Program-made: the position numbers and the translations under genes
Notes under the pieces: model-generated
Seen by the model: only the letters and a program-made list of their open reading frames with translations
Told to the model about the DNA's origin: nothing
The model's database searches: none
NCBI GenBank assembly: GCA_963707025.1
Contig: CAVPOM010000004.1
Span: 768,001-832,000, forward strand
Direction: 5' to 3'
DNA length: 64,000 bases
Source of the DNA: an uncultured Verrucomicrobiae bacterium
Lineage (GTDB): Bacteria; Verrucomicrobiota; Verrucomicrobiia; Limisphaerales; Palsa-1400
Part shown: piece after piece, positions 55,587-64,000 of the stretch
How positions within the stretch are numbered: position 1 is the stretch's first letter
Layout of the letters: each line of letters starts with the position of its first letter

Positions 55587-57900
55587 TTACTTGACAGGGG
55601 CGATCAGCCGGAGGAGCGTGTCGCGATGGGTGCGTCTGGCCGTGAAACGGTTGAGGGGGGCGGCCGGGGAATGGTCCGGGTCCCAGGCCAGCAGGATGGC
55701 GTGGTCCGCGCCGACATAACGGCTGAGGTCCAGGCTGTGAAAGACCTCGAAGTTTTGCCAGCCTTGCTCCGCCGGCCCGTTCATTTTGGCGAGGAAGGAG
55801 GCGGCCATGGCCCCTTCGGCGACGTTGGGGATGGCGACGGCATTGTTGCCGAAGTTTTGGCGCCGGGTTTGGACGGCGCTGCGAAAAGGCTGGGAGTATT
55901 GGTTGACGAAGTTGGCCAGGGACGTGCCGTCGGCGGGGTTGATGGTGAAGGTCTTGCTCTGGTGCGGAGGGAGCGCGCCCAGATTATAAAGGCGCTGGCC
56001 GAGCACGAGGCGGGCTTGGGGCAAGCTGCGGTCCGTCGTGTTTTCAATGGCCGCGGTCCAGCCGTCTCCCTGCCGGGTGACGGACAGGGTCAGCGGCACC
56101 GGCAAGGCCCGTTGCATCCAGTCGCTGACGTAAAGCTGGCTGGTCCAGACCGGGACAAAGGCCTCGGCGTCGAACCAGTTGCCGGTTTGGACGATGGAGG
56201 CGCCGCTGGTTTCCGAGCCGCCGCCGTAGTTGCCGCCGTATTCGCCGCGCAAGGTGGCGAAGGGCTGGACGCTGCCCAGTTGGTAATGGGCGTTGACCGG
56301 GGAATAAATGGAGAGATAGGTTTCCCCGCGGAGCACGGCGCTGGGCAGGTCCGGCTGCAGGTCGGGCAGGACATCCACCACGTTCAATTCGTTCCATTCC
56401 AATTCGCCGGCGCGCAGATGAAAGCCGATCAAATAAATCAGCCCGGAAAAGGCGACGACGTAGAGCGGAAAAGTGACCCAGGTCAGCATCTGGCGGTTGA
56501 TTTTTTTGAGCCAGGTACTGGTCCAGCGGCCCGATCACCGCCAGGTAGGCGACCAGCAGGGCCAGCAGCCAGGGCAAGGGCAGCTTGCGCACCTGCTTGC
56601 TGTCAATCATCGAGCCGAAAATGCCGTCGCTGCCCAGCCGCGGCACGTTCGGCGCATAGCCGCTGGCAGTCAGCCGGGCCAGCGGAATCTCGGCGAGCTT
56701 GGCCCAGAACCATCCGCGATTTTTCCACGAAATAAACGGCTCGCGCTCCGGACTGAACGTCAGAACGGTAATGCGCCCGCGTCCGCGCTCGGCCGTCACG
56801 GCCAGCGGCGCGGCGTCATCGCCGATCAAGGCGACGCCGTCGCGCAGGGTGCCGGTGAGCAAGGGCAGGGGCGCGGCTTCAAACTGGGGGTCGTCGGGCA
56901 GGTTGGCCGGGGAAGTCACGGCGGGTTCCAGGCCCGGGTTGCCTCTGCCTTGGATGGGCGCGCTCAGGCCGGGTGGGAGGGGGGACGGCTGCCCGCGGCG
57001 CCGGGCGGCCATGATGGCGGCATTGCGAGCGGCCATGGCGGACTGCAGGGCCGCCTCGGATGGATCGAACGGAGCGTTGGGGGATTGGAAGCGGGCGCTG
57101 GTCCAAGGCCCGCGCAGCCACTGGTCGAGCTGGGGATGGTTGTCCAGGTTGCGGGCGTCGGTCAGATCGCAGGGCATCAAATCGCGCAGCCAGCGGTTGC
57201 CGGTGATGTCGGAAATCTGCTCCACGCCCACGACCAGATGTCCGCCGTTTTGCAGCCAGGCGCGCAGGGCCTGGACTTGCGGCTCTTTCAAATCCAGCGC
57301 CTTGGCGGAATTGAGATACAACAGGTCAATGCTCTCCATGGGCAGCGGATTGTCCGGGAAGCTTTCGGTCTGGAGCCGGGCCGCGCCATAGGGAGAAGAA
57401 TTCTGGAAGCGGACGGACATGGGCAATTCGGGGAAGGAAGGCAGGCCTTGGACGGTGCGGCACAGCCCCGCGACCAGGGGCAAATCATGGGAGGTGACTT
57501 TGGCCCTCACCCCGGTCTGCTCGGCCCGGACTTTGCCGCGCTCATCCAGGAGGCGGACGTTCCAGACGCTGGCGGCGGTGAAGACGGGGATGACGACGCG
57601 TTTGAGAGTGCCGGTGGGCAGGTCCACCTTGACGCGGCGGATTTGCCCGCGGGCCAATTGCTCGGCGCTGACTTCGATGATGGCGTTGAAACCCGGCCCG
57701 TCGTTTTGAACCTCGCAGGTGATGGGAAACCAGCCCTGCTCGGGCAACAGGTAGTTGTAGCCGGGAATCACGTCGAAGCGCGGTGCTCCCGCCGCCTGGC
57801 TGGCCGGCCCGGCCAGCAGCGCCAGCAGCGCGGCGGCAAAGGACACAAGGAGGCGCTTGCCACAATGCAGACTGCGCGACATGACCAGTTTTGGCGTCAT
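55587..57900 (-). CDS. Large membrane-anchored ABC-associated protein (frameshift near 56515)
   Basis: Two ORFs join as ...IGPLDQY-WLKKINRQMLTWVTFP... if one base is removed. Confidence 0.7.
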
Positions 57901-58058
57901 TCCAAGGCGGTGACCAGCAGGATGTATAGGGCCGATTCCGGTCAATGCAAGGGCAAATGTGGCCCTGAAGATGATGTCCGATTATGACGCTTGAGCCGGG
58001 ATGGTTGTTTCACGGCGGGTTTTTCCGGCAGGCAGGGCCGCCATGCCTGGAAACCAGT

Positions 58059-58313
58059 TCAAATCCACTCGATATTAATAATGCGGAGTTCCCGCACAAA
58101 AGCATCAGGCCAAAAAGAGATCAAGAATGATCCGGCAACCTAGATCTGAATTGACCGGCCAGTGTCGTCCTTGCCCGCAAAATCACCTTTCTGCAACGGC
58201 TCGGCGGCGATTGCTTGGAGAGCCTGGATAAGCTTTTGGCGATGGCGGGGCTTGGTTCCCAGGAGAAAATGAACCGAGGTCTCGTTGAGCACGAACTGCC
58301 AGCTTTCACTCAC
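58059..58313 (-). pseudogene. Putative RelE/ParE-like toxin with internal TAG
   Basis: GTG start overlapping the upstream stop; 85 codons, ...GDF..KDDTGRSIQI*VAGSFLISFWPD..VRELRIINIE; TAG at 58142-58140. Confidence 0.55.
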
Positions 58314-58522
58314 AAGCCTTCAGCCTTGAGAGTTTCATGCAATCGTTCGGCCTGGGCGAGTGAAAACTTTTTGCCGCGGTCAATTTCCTGGTTCAACCGT
58401 GTGAGTTCAGACTGGTAGGCCGGATCATCTTTGCGGGCAAGATGCGTGAGGAACGCGGCCAAGTAGGCTCGCTCCTCCGGGGAGCTTTGCTCGATGCCGC
58501 GCTTTATTTCCTTCACTGTCAC
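58310..58522 (-). CDS. Putative antitoxin
   Basis: 70 aa, MTVKEIKRGIEQSSPEERAYLAAFL; coupled to the downstream toxin-like ORF. Confidence 0.55.
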   Translation of the reverse strand: MTVKEIKRGIEQSSPEERAYLAAFLTHLARKDDPAYQSELTRLNQEIDRGKKFSLAQAERLHETLKAEGL

Positions 58523-58590
58523 ATCGCAAAATTGCTTCGCACCGGGCGATTGTTCAAGCAGGTTTTGCGCGGGGAATGAATTTTCATTTC

Positions 58591-58711
58591 GAGACCTCTG
58601 GAAAACGCCTGTAGCGGCGGTCTATGACCGTCGCCATGCCGTTATTTCCCCTGGTTGGCGGCGGTCACAGACCGCCGCTACAATCGTGGACGCGCGTTTT
58701 GCAGAGGTCTC
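58591..58711. mobile_element. MITE-like element with IS5-like ends enclosing a REP doublet
   Basis: GAGACCTCTGGAAAACGC...GCGTTTTGCAGAGGTCTC, flanked by ATTTC on both sides. Confidence 0.7.
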
Positions 58712-58853
58712 ATTTCATATGAAATCGGTCGGACGGGCTGAAATCTCGAAAGCAACATTTGTGTGGCGGAGGCTTTTTTTCTGGAGTTAGGCGGGCTTTG
58801 TTTGCAATGTTGGCCATGCGCCAGGTGAACAGCTCATGGCGCGCGCTTAATTT

Positions 58854-60062
58854 ATGAAATCCGCTGCCCCTTGCGTTCTGGCGATAAACGGCGGCTCCTC
58901 CAGCATCAAGTTCGCCCTCTGCCAGGCGGGCGAAGGGCGGCGGCTGCTGGAGGGCAAGCTGGATCGCATCGGCCTGAGCGGCACGAATTTGGCGGCGCGC
59001 GACCCGTCCGGCCAGACCCGGTGCGCCCTGCCGCTCAAGGCGGCCAATCACGGCGCGGCGGCCGGTTTTCTTTTGGAGTGGCTGGCGGCGCAGCCGGGCT
59101 TCGCCGCCATCGCGGGCGTGGGCCACCGCGTGGTGCATGGCATGGCGCATTCCGAACCGGAGCGGGTCACGCCGGGGTTGCTGGCGGAATTGCATCGCAC
59201 CACGCCGTATGACCCGGATCATTTGCCACGGGAGATTGAGTTGATTCGCGCCATCCGCCGGCGTTATCCGAAATTGCCCCAGGTGGCCTGTTTCGACACG
59301 GCCTTCCACCGCACCATGCCGCGGGTCGCCCGATTGCTGGCCATCCCGCGCCGTTACACGACCAAGGGGATGCAGCGCTACGGTTTCCACGGTTTGTCCT
59401 ACGCCTATTTGATGGAAGAATTGGCGCGCCTGGGCGACGCGGCGGCCCGGAAGGGCAGGGTGATCCTGGCCCATCTGGGCAACGGAGCCAGCCTGGCGGC
59501 GGTGCGGGATGGCAAAAGCATGGACACCAGCATGGGCTTCACCCCGGCCGCCGGCCTGGTGATGAGCAGCCGTTCGGGTGATTTGGACCCGGGACTGCTT
59601 TCCTTTTTGTCGCGCACCCGGAACATGACGGCGTGGCAATTTGAGCAGATGGTCAACCACCAGTCCGGGCTGCTGGGGATTTCGGAGACCAGTTCGGACA
59701 TGCGGGACTTGCTGGCGCGGGAAGCCCGGGATGTCCGGGCGGCGGAAGCCGTGGCGCTGTTTTGTTACCAGGCCAGGAAGTGGATCGGCTCCTTCGCCGC
59801 CGTGCTGGGGGGAGTGGACACATTGGTTTTTTCCGCGGGCATCGGGGAAAATTGCCCGTCCATTCGCCGCCGGATCTGCGCGGGCCTGGGCTTTCTCGGA
59901 ATTGAATTAAACCCGGCGCGCAACCGGAAGAATGCCCCGCTGATTTCCTCCGCCGCCAGCCGGGTCGCGGTGCGGGTCATTCGCACCGACGAAGAACGCA
60001 TGATTGCCCGATCCGTCACCCGCCTTCTCCACCTCGGAGGAGGCAACCCCATTGAACCATGA
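58854..60062 (+). CDS. ackA: Acetate kinase
   Basis: [41 protein letters not shown]. Confidence 0.95.
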   Translation: MKSAAPCVLAINGGSSSIKFALCQAGEGRRLLEGKLDRIGLSGTNLAARDPSGQTRCALPLKAANHGAAAGFLLEWLAAQPGFAAIAGVGHRVVHGMAHSEPERVTPGLLAELHRTTPYDPDHLPREIELIRAIRRRYPKLPQVACFDTAFHRTMPRVARLLAIPRRYTTKGMQRYGFHGLSYAYLMEELARLGDAAARKGRVILAHLGNGASLAAVRDGKSMDTSMGFTPAAGLVMSSRSGDLDPGLLSFLSRTRNMTAWQFEQMVNHQSGLLGISETSSDMRDLLAREARDVRAAEAVALFCYQARKWIGSFAAVLGGVDTLVFSAGIGENCPSIRRRICAGLGFLGIELNPARNRKNAPLISSAASRVAVRVIRTDEERMIARSVTRLLHLGGGNPIEP

Positions 60063-62428
60063 AGACCAATGCACTCACCCCGGAACTGCTCCGCCAAATG
60101 GACGCCTACTGGCGCGCCGCCAACTACCTGTCGGTCGGGCAGATTTATCTGCTGGACAATCCGCTGCTGAAACGGCCGCTGGCGCTGGCGGATGTCAAAC
60201 ACATGCTGCTGGGCCACTGGGGCACGACGCCCGGCCAGAACTTCATCTACGCCCACCTGAACCGGGTGATTAAAAAACATGATCTGAACATGATTTACCT
60301 GTCCGGCCCCGGGCACGGCGGCCCGGCGGTGGTGGCCAACACCTACCTGGAAGGGACTTACAGCGAAATCTACCCCGACATCAGCCAGGATGAGGCCGGG
60401 CTGCAAAAGCTCTTCAAGCAGTTCTCCTTTCCCGGCGGGATTCCCAGCCACGCTTCGCCGGAATGTCCGGGGTCCATCCACGAGGGCGGGGAGCTGGGCT
60501 ATTCGCTCAGCCACGCCTTTGGGGCTGTATTTGACAACCCGGATTTGGTGGCGGCCTGCGTGGTGGGCGATGGCGAGGCGGAAACCGGCCCGCTGGCCAC
60601 GGCGTGGCATTCCAACAAGTTTCTGGATCCGGTCACCGACGGGGTGGTGCTGCCGATTCTGCACCTCAACGGTTACAAGATTTCCAATCCGACTGTCCTG
60701 GCCCGCATCCCGCGCCAGGAATTGGAACAGTTGTTGCTCGGCTACGGGTGGCAGCCTTGCTTCGTCGAGGGCCATGAGCCGGATTTGGTGCACCAGGCCA
60801 TGGCCGCCGCCTTGGACACGGCCGTGGGGCGCATCCAGCACATTCTGCGGGAGGCGCGCCTTCACCACAACCCGGCGCGTCCGCGCTGGCCAATGATCGT
60901 CCTCAATTCGCCCAAGGGCTGGACCGGCCCGAAGGCGGTGGACGGCCTGCCCAACGAAGGGACATTCCGTTCCCATCAGGTACCGCTGTCCGTATCTGCG
61001 GCGGCACCGCCCGAACATCTGCAACAACTTGAGGGGTGGTTGAAAAGCTATCGGCCGGAGGAATTGTTTGATGAACGCGGCCATCTCAAACCGGAATTGG
61101 CGGCCTTGGCCCCGACCGGGCCGCGCCGCATGGGGGCCAATCCCCACGCCAACGGCGGGATGTTGCTGCGCGATTTGCGCATGCCGGATTTCCGCAACTA
61201 CGCCGTGGCCGTGCCGGCGCCGGGCACGCGCGGTCCCGGCGACACGCATGTGCTCGGCCGCTTCCTGCGCGAGGTCACCCAGTTGAACCGGGAGCAGCGG
61301 AATTTCCGCATCTTCGGCCCCGATGAGACGCTCTCCAATGGTTTGGAAGCGGTCTTTGAGGTGACGCAACGGCAGTGGGAAGGTGCCACCGTGCCCAACG
61401 ACGAGTTCCTCGCGCCGGAGGGGCGGATTCTGGAAATGCTCAGCGAGCATCAGTGCGAGGGCTGGCTGGAGGGCTACCTGCTGACCGGGCGGCACGGGCT
61501 GTTCAATTGCTACGAGGCGTTCATCCACATTGTGGATTCGATGTTCAACCAGCACGCCAAGTGGTTGAAGGTCACCGCGCACTTGCCGTGGCGGCGTAAG
61601 ATTGCCTCGCTCAATTATCTGCTGGCATCCCATGTCTGGCGGCAGGACCACAACGGCTTCACCCACCAGGACCCCGGCTTCATTGACCACGTCGTCAACA
61701 AGAAGGCGGAGATCGTGCGGGTTTACCTGCCGCCGGACGCCAACTGCCTGCTCTCGGTGATGGACCACTGCCTGCGCAGCCGGCATTACGTCAATGTCGT
61801 CATTGCGGGCAAGCACCCGTCGCCGCAATGGCTGGACATGGCGGCGGCGGTCAAACATTGCACCAAGGGCATCGGCACCTGGCCCTGGGCGGGCAACGAC
61901 CAGGAGGCCGGGCCGGAGGTGGTGATGGCCTGCGCCGGCGACGTGCCCACCCTGGAGACGCTGGCGGCCGTTTCCATCCTGCGCCGGCATTTGCCGGGGC
62001 TGAGAATCCGGGTGGTCAACGTGGTGGACCTGATGAAGCTGCAGCCGGACACGGAACATCCGCACGGTTTGAGCGACACCGATTTCGATGATCTGTTCAC
62101 CAGGGACAAGCCGGTCATCTTCGCCTTTCACGGTTATCCGTGGCTGATCCACCGGCTGACTTACCGCCGCACCAACCACGACAACATCCATGTGCGCGGC
62201 TACAAGGAAGAGGGCACCATCACCACCGCCTTTGACATGACCGTGCTCAATGATCTGGACCGGTTCCATCTGGTGATGGACGCGATAGACCGCCTGCCGC
62301 AAACGGGGGAGAAGGGCGTCTATCTCAAGCAGCAGCTTCAGGACAAACTGATCGAGCACAAGCAATACATCTGTGCAAATGGCGAAGACCTGCCGGAAAT
62401 CCGCAACTGGAAATGGAGCCAGCCCTGA
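60059..62428 (+). CDS. xfp: Xylulose-5-P/fructose-6-P phosphoketolase
   Basis: [30 protein letters not shown]. Confidence 0.96.
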   Translation: MKTNALTPELLRQMDAYWRAANYLSVGQIYLLDNPLLKRPLALADVKHMLLGHWGTTPGQNFIYAHLNRVIKKHDLNMIYLSGPGHGGPAVVANTYLEGTYSEIYPDISQDEAGLQKLFKQFSFPGGIPSHASPECPGSIHEGGELGYSLSHAFGAVFDNPDLVAACVVGDGEAETGPLATAWHSNKFLDPVTDGVVLPILHLNGYKISNPTVLARIPRQELEQLLLGYGWQPCFVEGHEPDLVHQAMAAALDTAVGRIQHILREARLHHNPARPRWPMIVLNSPKGWTGPKAVDGLPNEGTFRSHQVPLSVSAAAPPEHLQQLEGWLKSYRPEELFDERGHLKPELAALAPTGPRRMGANPHANGGMLLRDLRMPDFRNYAVAVPAPGTRGPGDTHVLGRFLREVTQLNREQRNFRIFGPDETLSNGLEAVFEVTQRQWEGATVPNDEFLAPEGRILEMLSEHQCEGWLEGYLLTGRHGLFNCYEAFIHIVDSMFNQHAKWLKVTAHLPWRRKIASLNYLLASHVWRQDHNGFTHQDPGFIDHVVNKKAEIVRVYLPPDANCLLSVMDHCLRSRHYVNVVIAGKHPSPQWLDMAAAVKHCTKGIGTWPWAGNDQEAGPEVVMACAGDVPTLETLAAVSILRRHLPGLRIRVVNVVDLMKLQPDTEHPHGLSDTDFDDLFTRDKPVIFAFHGYPWLIHRLTYRRTNHDNIHVRGYKEEGTITTAFDMTVLNDLDRFHLVMDAIDRLPQTGEKGVYLKQQLQDKLIEHKQYICANGEDLPEIRNWKWSQP

Positions 62429-62700
62429 GCCGGCCACCTGGGGTGAAGGCAGACCTCGAAGGCATCCTCCCATCCCAAATAGCGGGCATGACGAACACGC
62501 GAGAAGGCGGCTTCGCCATAAGGTTTCTTGAGTTGAACGGATGCTTTCATGTTGAAATCGTGCCTGAATACCTGCGGGCAGGCAATCCAATTGAGGCTGG
62601 CGGAGGGTGGCATCTGCGCCCCATCCGCGCGATTGCGGGCTTGACGCTGTTTTTGGAAGAGGCATGTTTTGCGGCCATGCGGGCAATCCAGCAGCAGTCA

Positions 62701-63483
62701 ATGGCCGCAGCATGGCTTCGGTGCGAGGCCTTCGCTGCGCTTGTCTTGCTCTTCTTTTCTTTCCAGGCGGCCCGCGCCCAGGACAATTATGAGATTCAAG
62801 TGTACGCCTCGGAAACGGTGGCGCCGGGTTCGACCATGCTGGAGCTGCACAGCAACTACACCATGGACGGCAGCCACGCGGTGGAGAACGGCGTGCTGCC
62901 CTCCGATCACGCCATCCATGAAACGCTGGAAATCACCCACGGTTGGAATCCGTGGTTTGAAACGGGTTTTTACGTTTTCTCCTCCCTCCAGCCCGGCCAG
63001 GGTTGGAACTGGGTGGGGGACCATCTCCGCCCGCGGGTGCGGATCCCGGAGGAATGGCACTGGCCGGTCGGGTTGAGCCTGTCGGTCGAGGCCGGTTACC
63101 AGCGGCCTTCCTACTGCCAGGACACCTGGAACCTGGAACTGCGGCCTATTATTGACAAGCAGGTCGGCCCCTGGTATTTCGCGGTGAACCCCGCCCTGGA
63201 AAAATCCCTGCACGGCTACGGGGCCGGGGAGGGGTGGGGTTTTTCCCCGGCCGTCAAGATCAGTTATGATGTGACGCGGGTCGTCACCGTTGGAGTGGAG
63301 TATTACGGGGACCTGGGGCCGATCACCCATTTCAGCAACTACACCGACCAGCAACATCAAATCTTCCCGGCACTGGACCTGAACTTCTCGAAGGATTGGG
63401 AGTTCAACTGCGGTTTTGGTTTCGGCCTGACCCACAGTTCGGACAATCTGCTCTTCAAGATGATTCTCGGCCGCCGCTTCTGA
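62701..63483 (+). CDS. Putative outer-membrane beta-barrel protein
   Basis: Signal peptide AARA-QDNYEIQVY; C-terminal KMILGRRF. Confidence 0.65.
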   Translation: MAAAWLRCEAFAALVLLFFSFQAARAQDNYEIQVYASETVAPGSTMLELHSNYTMDGSHAVENGVLPSDHAIHETLEITHGWNPWFETGFYVFSSLQPGQGWNWVGDHLRPRVRIPEEWHWPVGLSLSVEAGYQRPSYCQDTWNLELRPIIDKQVGPWYFAVNPALEKSLHGYGAGEGWGFSPAVKISYDVTRVVTVGVEYYGDLGPITHFSNYTDQQHQIFPALDLNFSKDWEFNCGFGFGLTHSSDNLLFKMILGRRF

Positions 63484-64000
63484 GCCTGGGGGAGGAGGCG
63501 GGCTGCGCCTGGCGGGCGAGGAGTTCCAGGCGGGAGTGGATGAATCGCTCGATGGCGGGCAGGGCGCATGGCTTGGTCAGACAGGGAACATCGTGACTGG
63601 AAAAGAAGCGTTTGGCATCCACCCCGATGATGTCGCCGGTCATAAACACCATCCGCTTGGCCAGGTCCGGATCGCGGCGCAGTGTTATTTCAAAAAGTTG
63701 CTCGCCGGTCAGGCCGGGCATGCGAAAGTCGGAGATGATGAGATCGAAGGCGGCCCGTTCCATCAGGGCCAGGGCTTCTTCGGTGCTGCTGCAGAATTGG
63801 GCGCGATGCCCCGTCATGTTCAGGTATTCGCAGATCATTTCCGCCAGGGCGGCTTCATCATCAATCATCAGAATGCGGGCGCCCTGCCGGGCCGCAGGGG
63901 CCGGATCGGGCGGGTGGGGCGTTGCGTCCGGCTCCGGCTCGGCCGCCGCCGGAACCGCCGCCTCATGGTCAACCATGCTGACGAGGGGGAGTTCCACCAC
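63455..64000 (-). CDS. C-terminal response-regulator receiver domain (partial, probably of a hybrid kinase)
   Basis: ILMIDDE, DLIISDFRMP, FMTG, KP. Confidence 0.85.
   Translation of the reverse strand: MVELPLVSMVDHEAAVPAAAEPEPDATPHPPDPAPAARQGARILMIDDEAALAEMICEYLNMTGHRAQFCSSTEEALALMERAAFDLIISDFRMPGLTGEQLFEITLRRDPDLAKRMVFMTGDIIGVDAKRFFSSHDVPCLTKPCALPAIERFIHSRLELLARQAQPASSPRLRSGGRESS

Noticed and set aside
47320..58142. Stop-codon recoding (selenocysteine, pyrrolysine or alternative code) for in-frame TGA/TAG
   Set aside because: TGA and TAG end normal genes throughout the window; the internal stops occur only in accessory genes

Overview
GC-rich bacterial chromosomal window. Gene content (DUF1592/DUF1552 pair, Gld-like ABC system) suggests the PVC group, probably Verrucomicrobiota; this is inference. 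Housekeeping genes include prfB with its +1 programmed frameshift, trpC, ilvB with a Val-rich leader attenuator, fcl, an FKBP PPIase, atpD-atpC, comM/yifB, a kdgK-type catabolic cluster, glgB, infA and ackA-xfp. The most striking structure is six copies of the comM promoter plus 5' end. One is the intact gene (37627-39153, -). Five are truncated (about 25269, 27000, 27858 and 28686 on +; 39840-40060 on -). The copies share a nearly fixed upstream boundary, end at different points in the coding sequence, and separate different cargo: GH32, three toxin-antitoxin pairs and an IS3-broken ankyrin lipoprotein. Divergence from intact comM broadly increases along the series, like a polarised cassette stack, and no integrase is visible. 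A similar 37-bp duplication of the glgB 3' end brackets another TA pair. The window also has a complete IS3 element, IS1-like remnants with passenger genes, several MITE-like elements wrapping REP-like hairpins, many short-period intergenic repeats and several crippled toxin genes. Frameshifts in DUF1552, glgB and two ABC-associated genes may be sequencing errors. Protein family calls come from motif recognition only; no database search was run.
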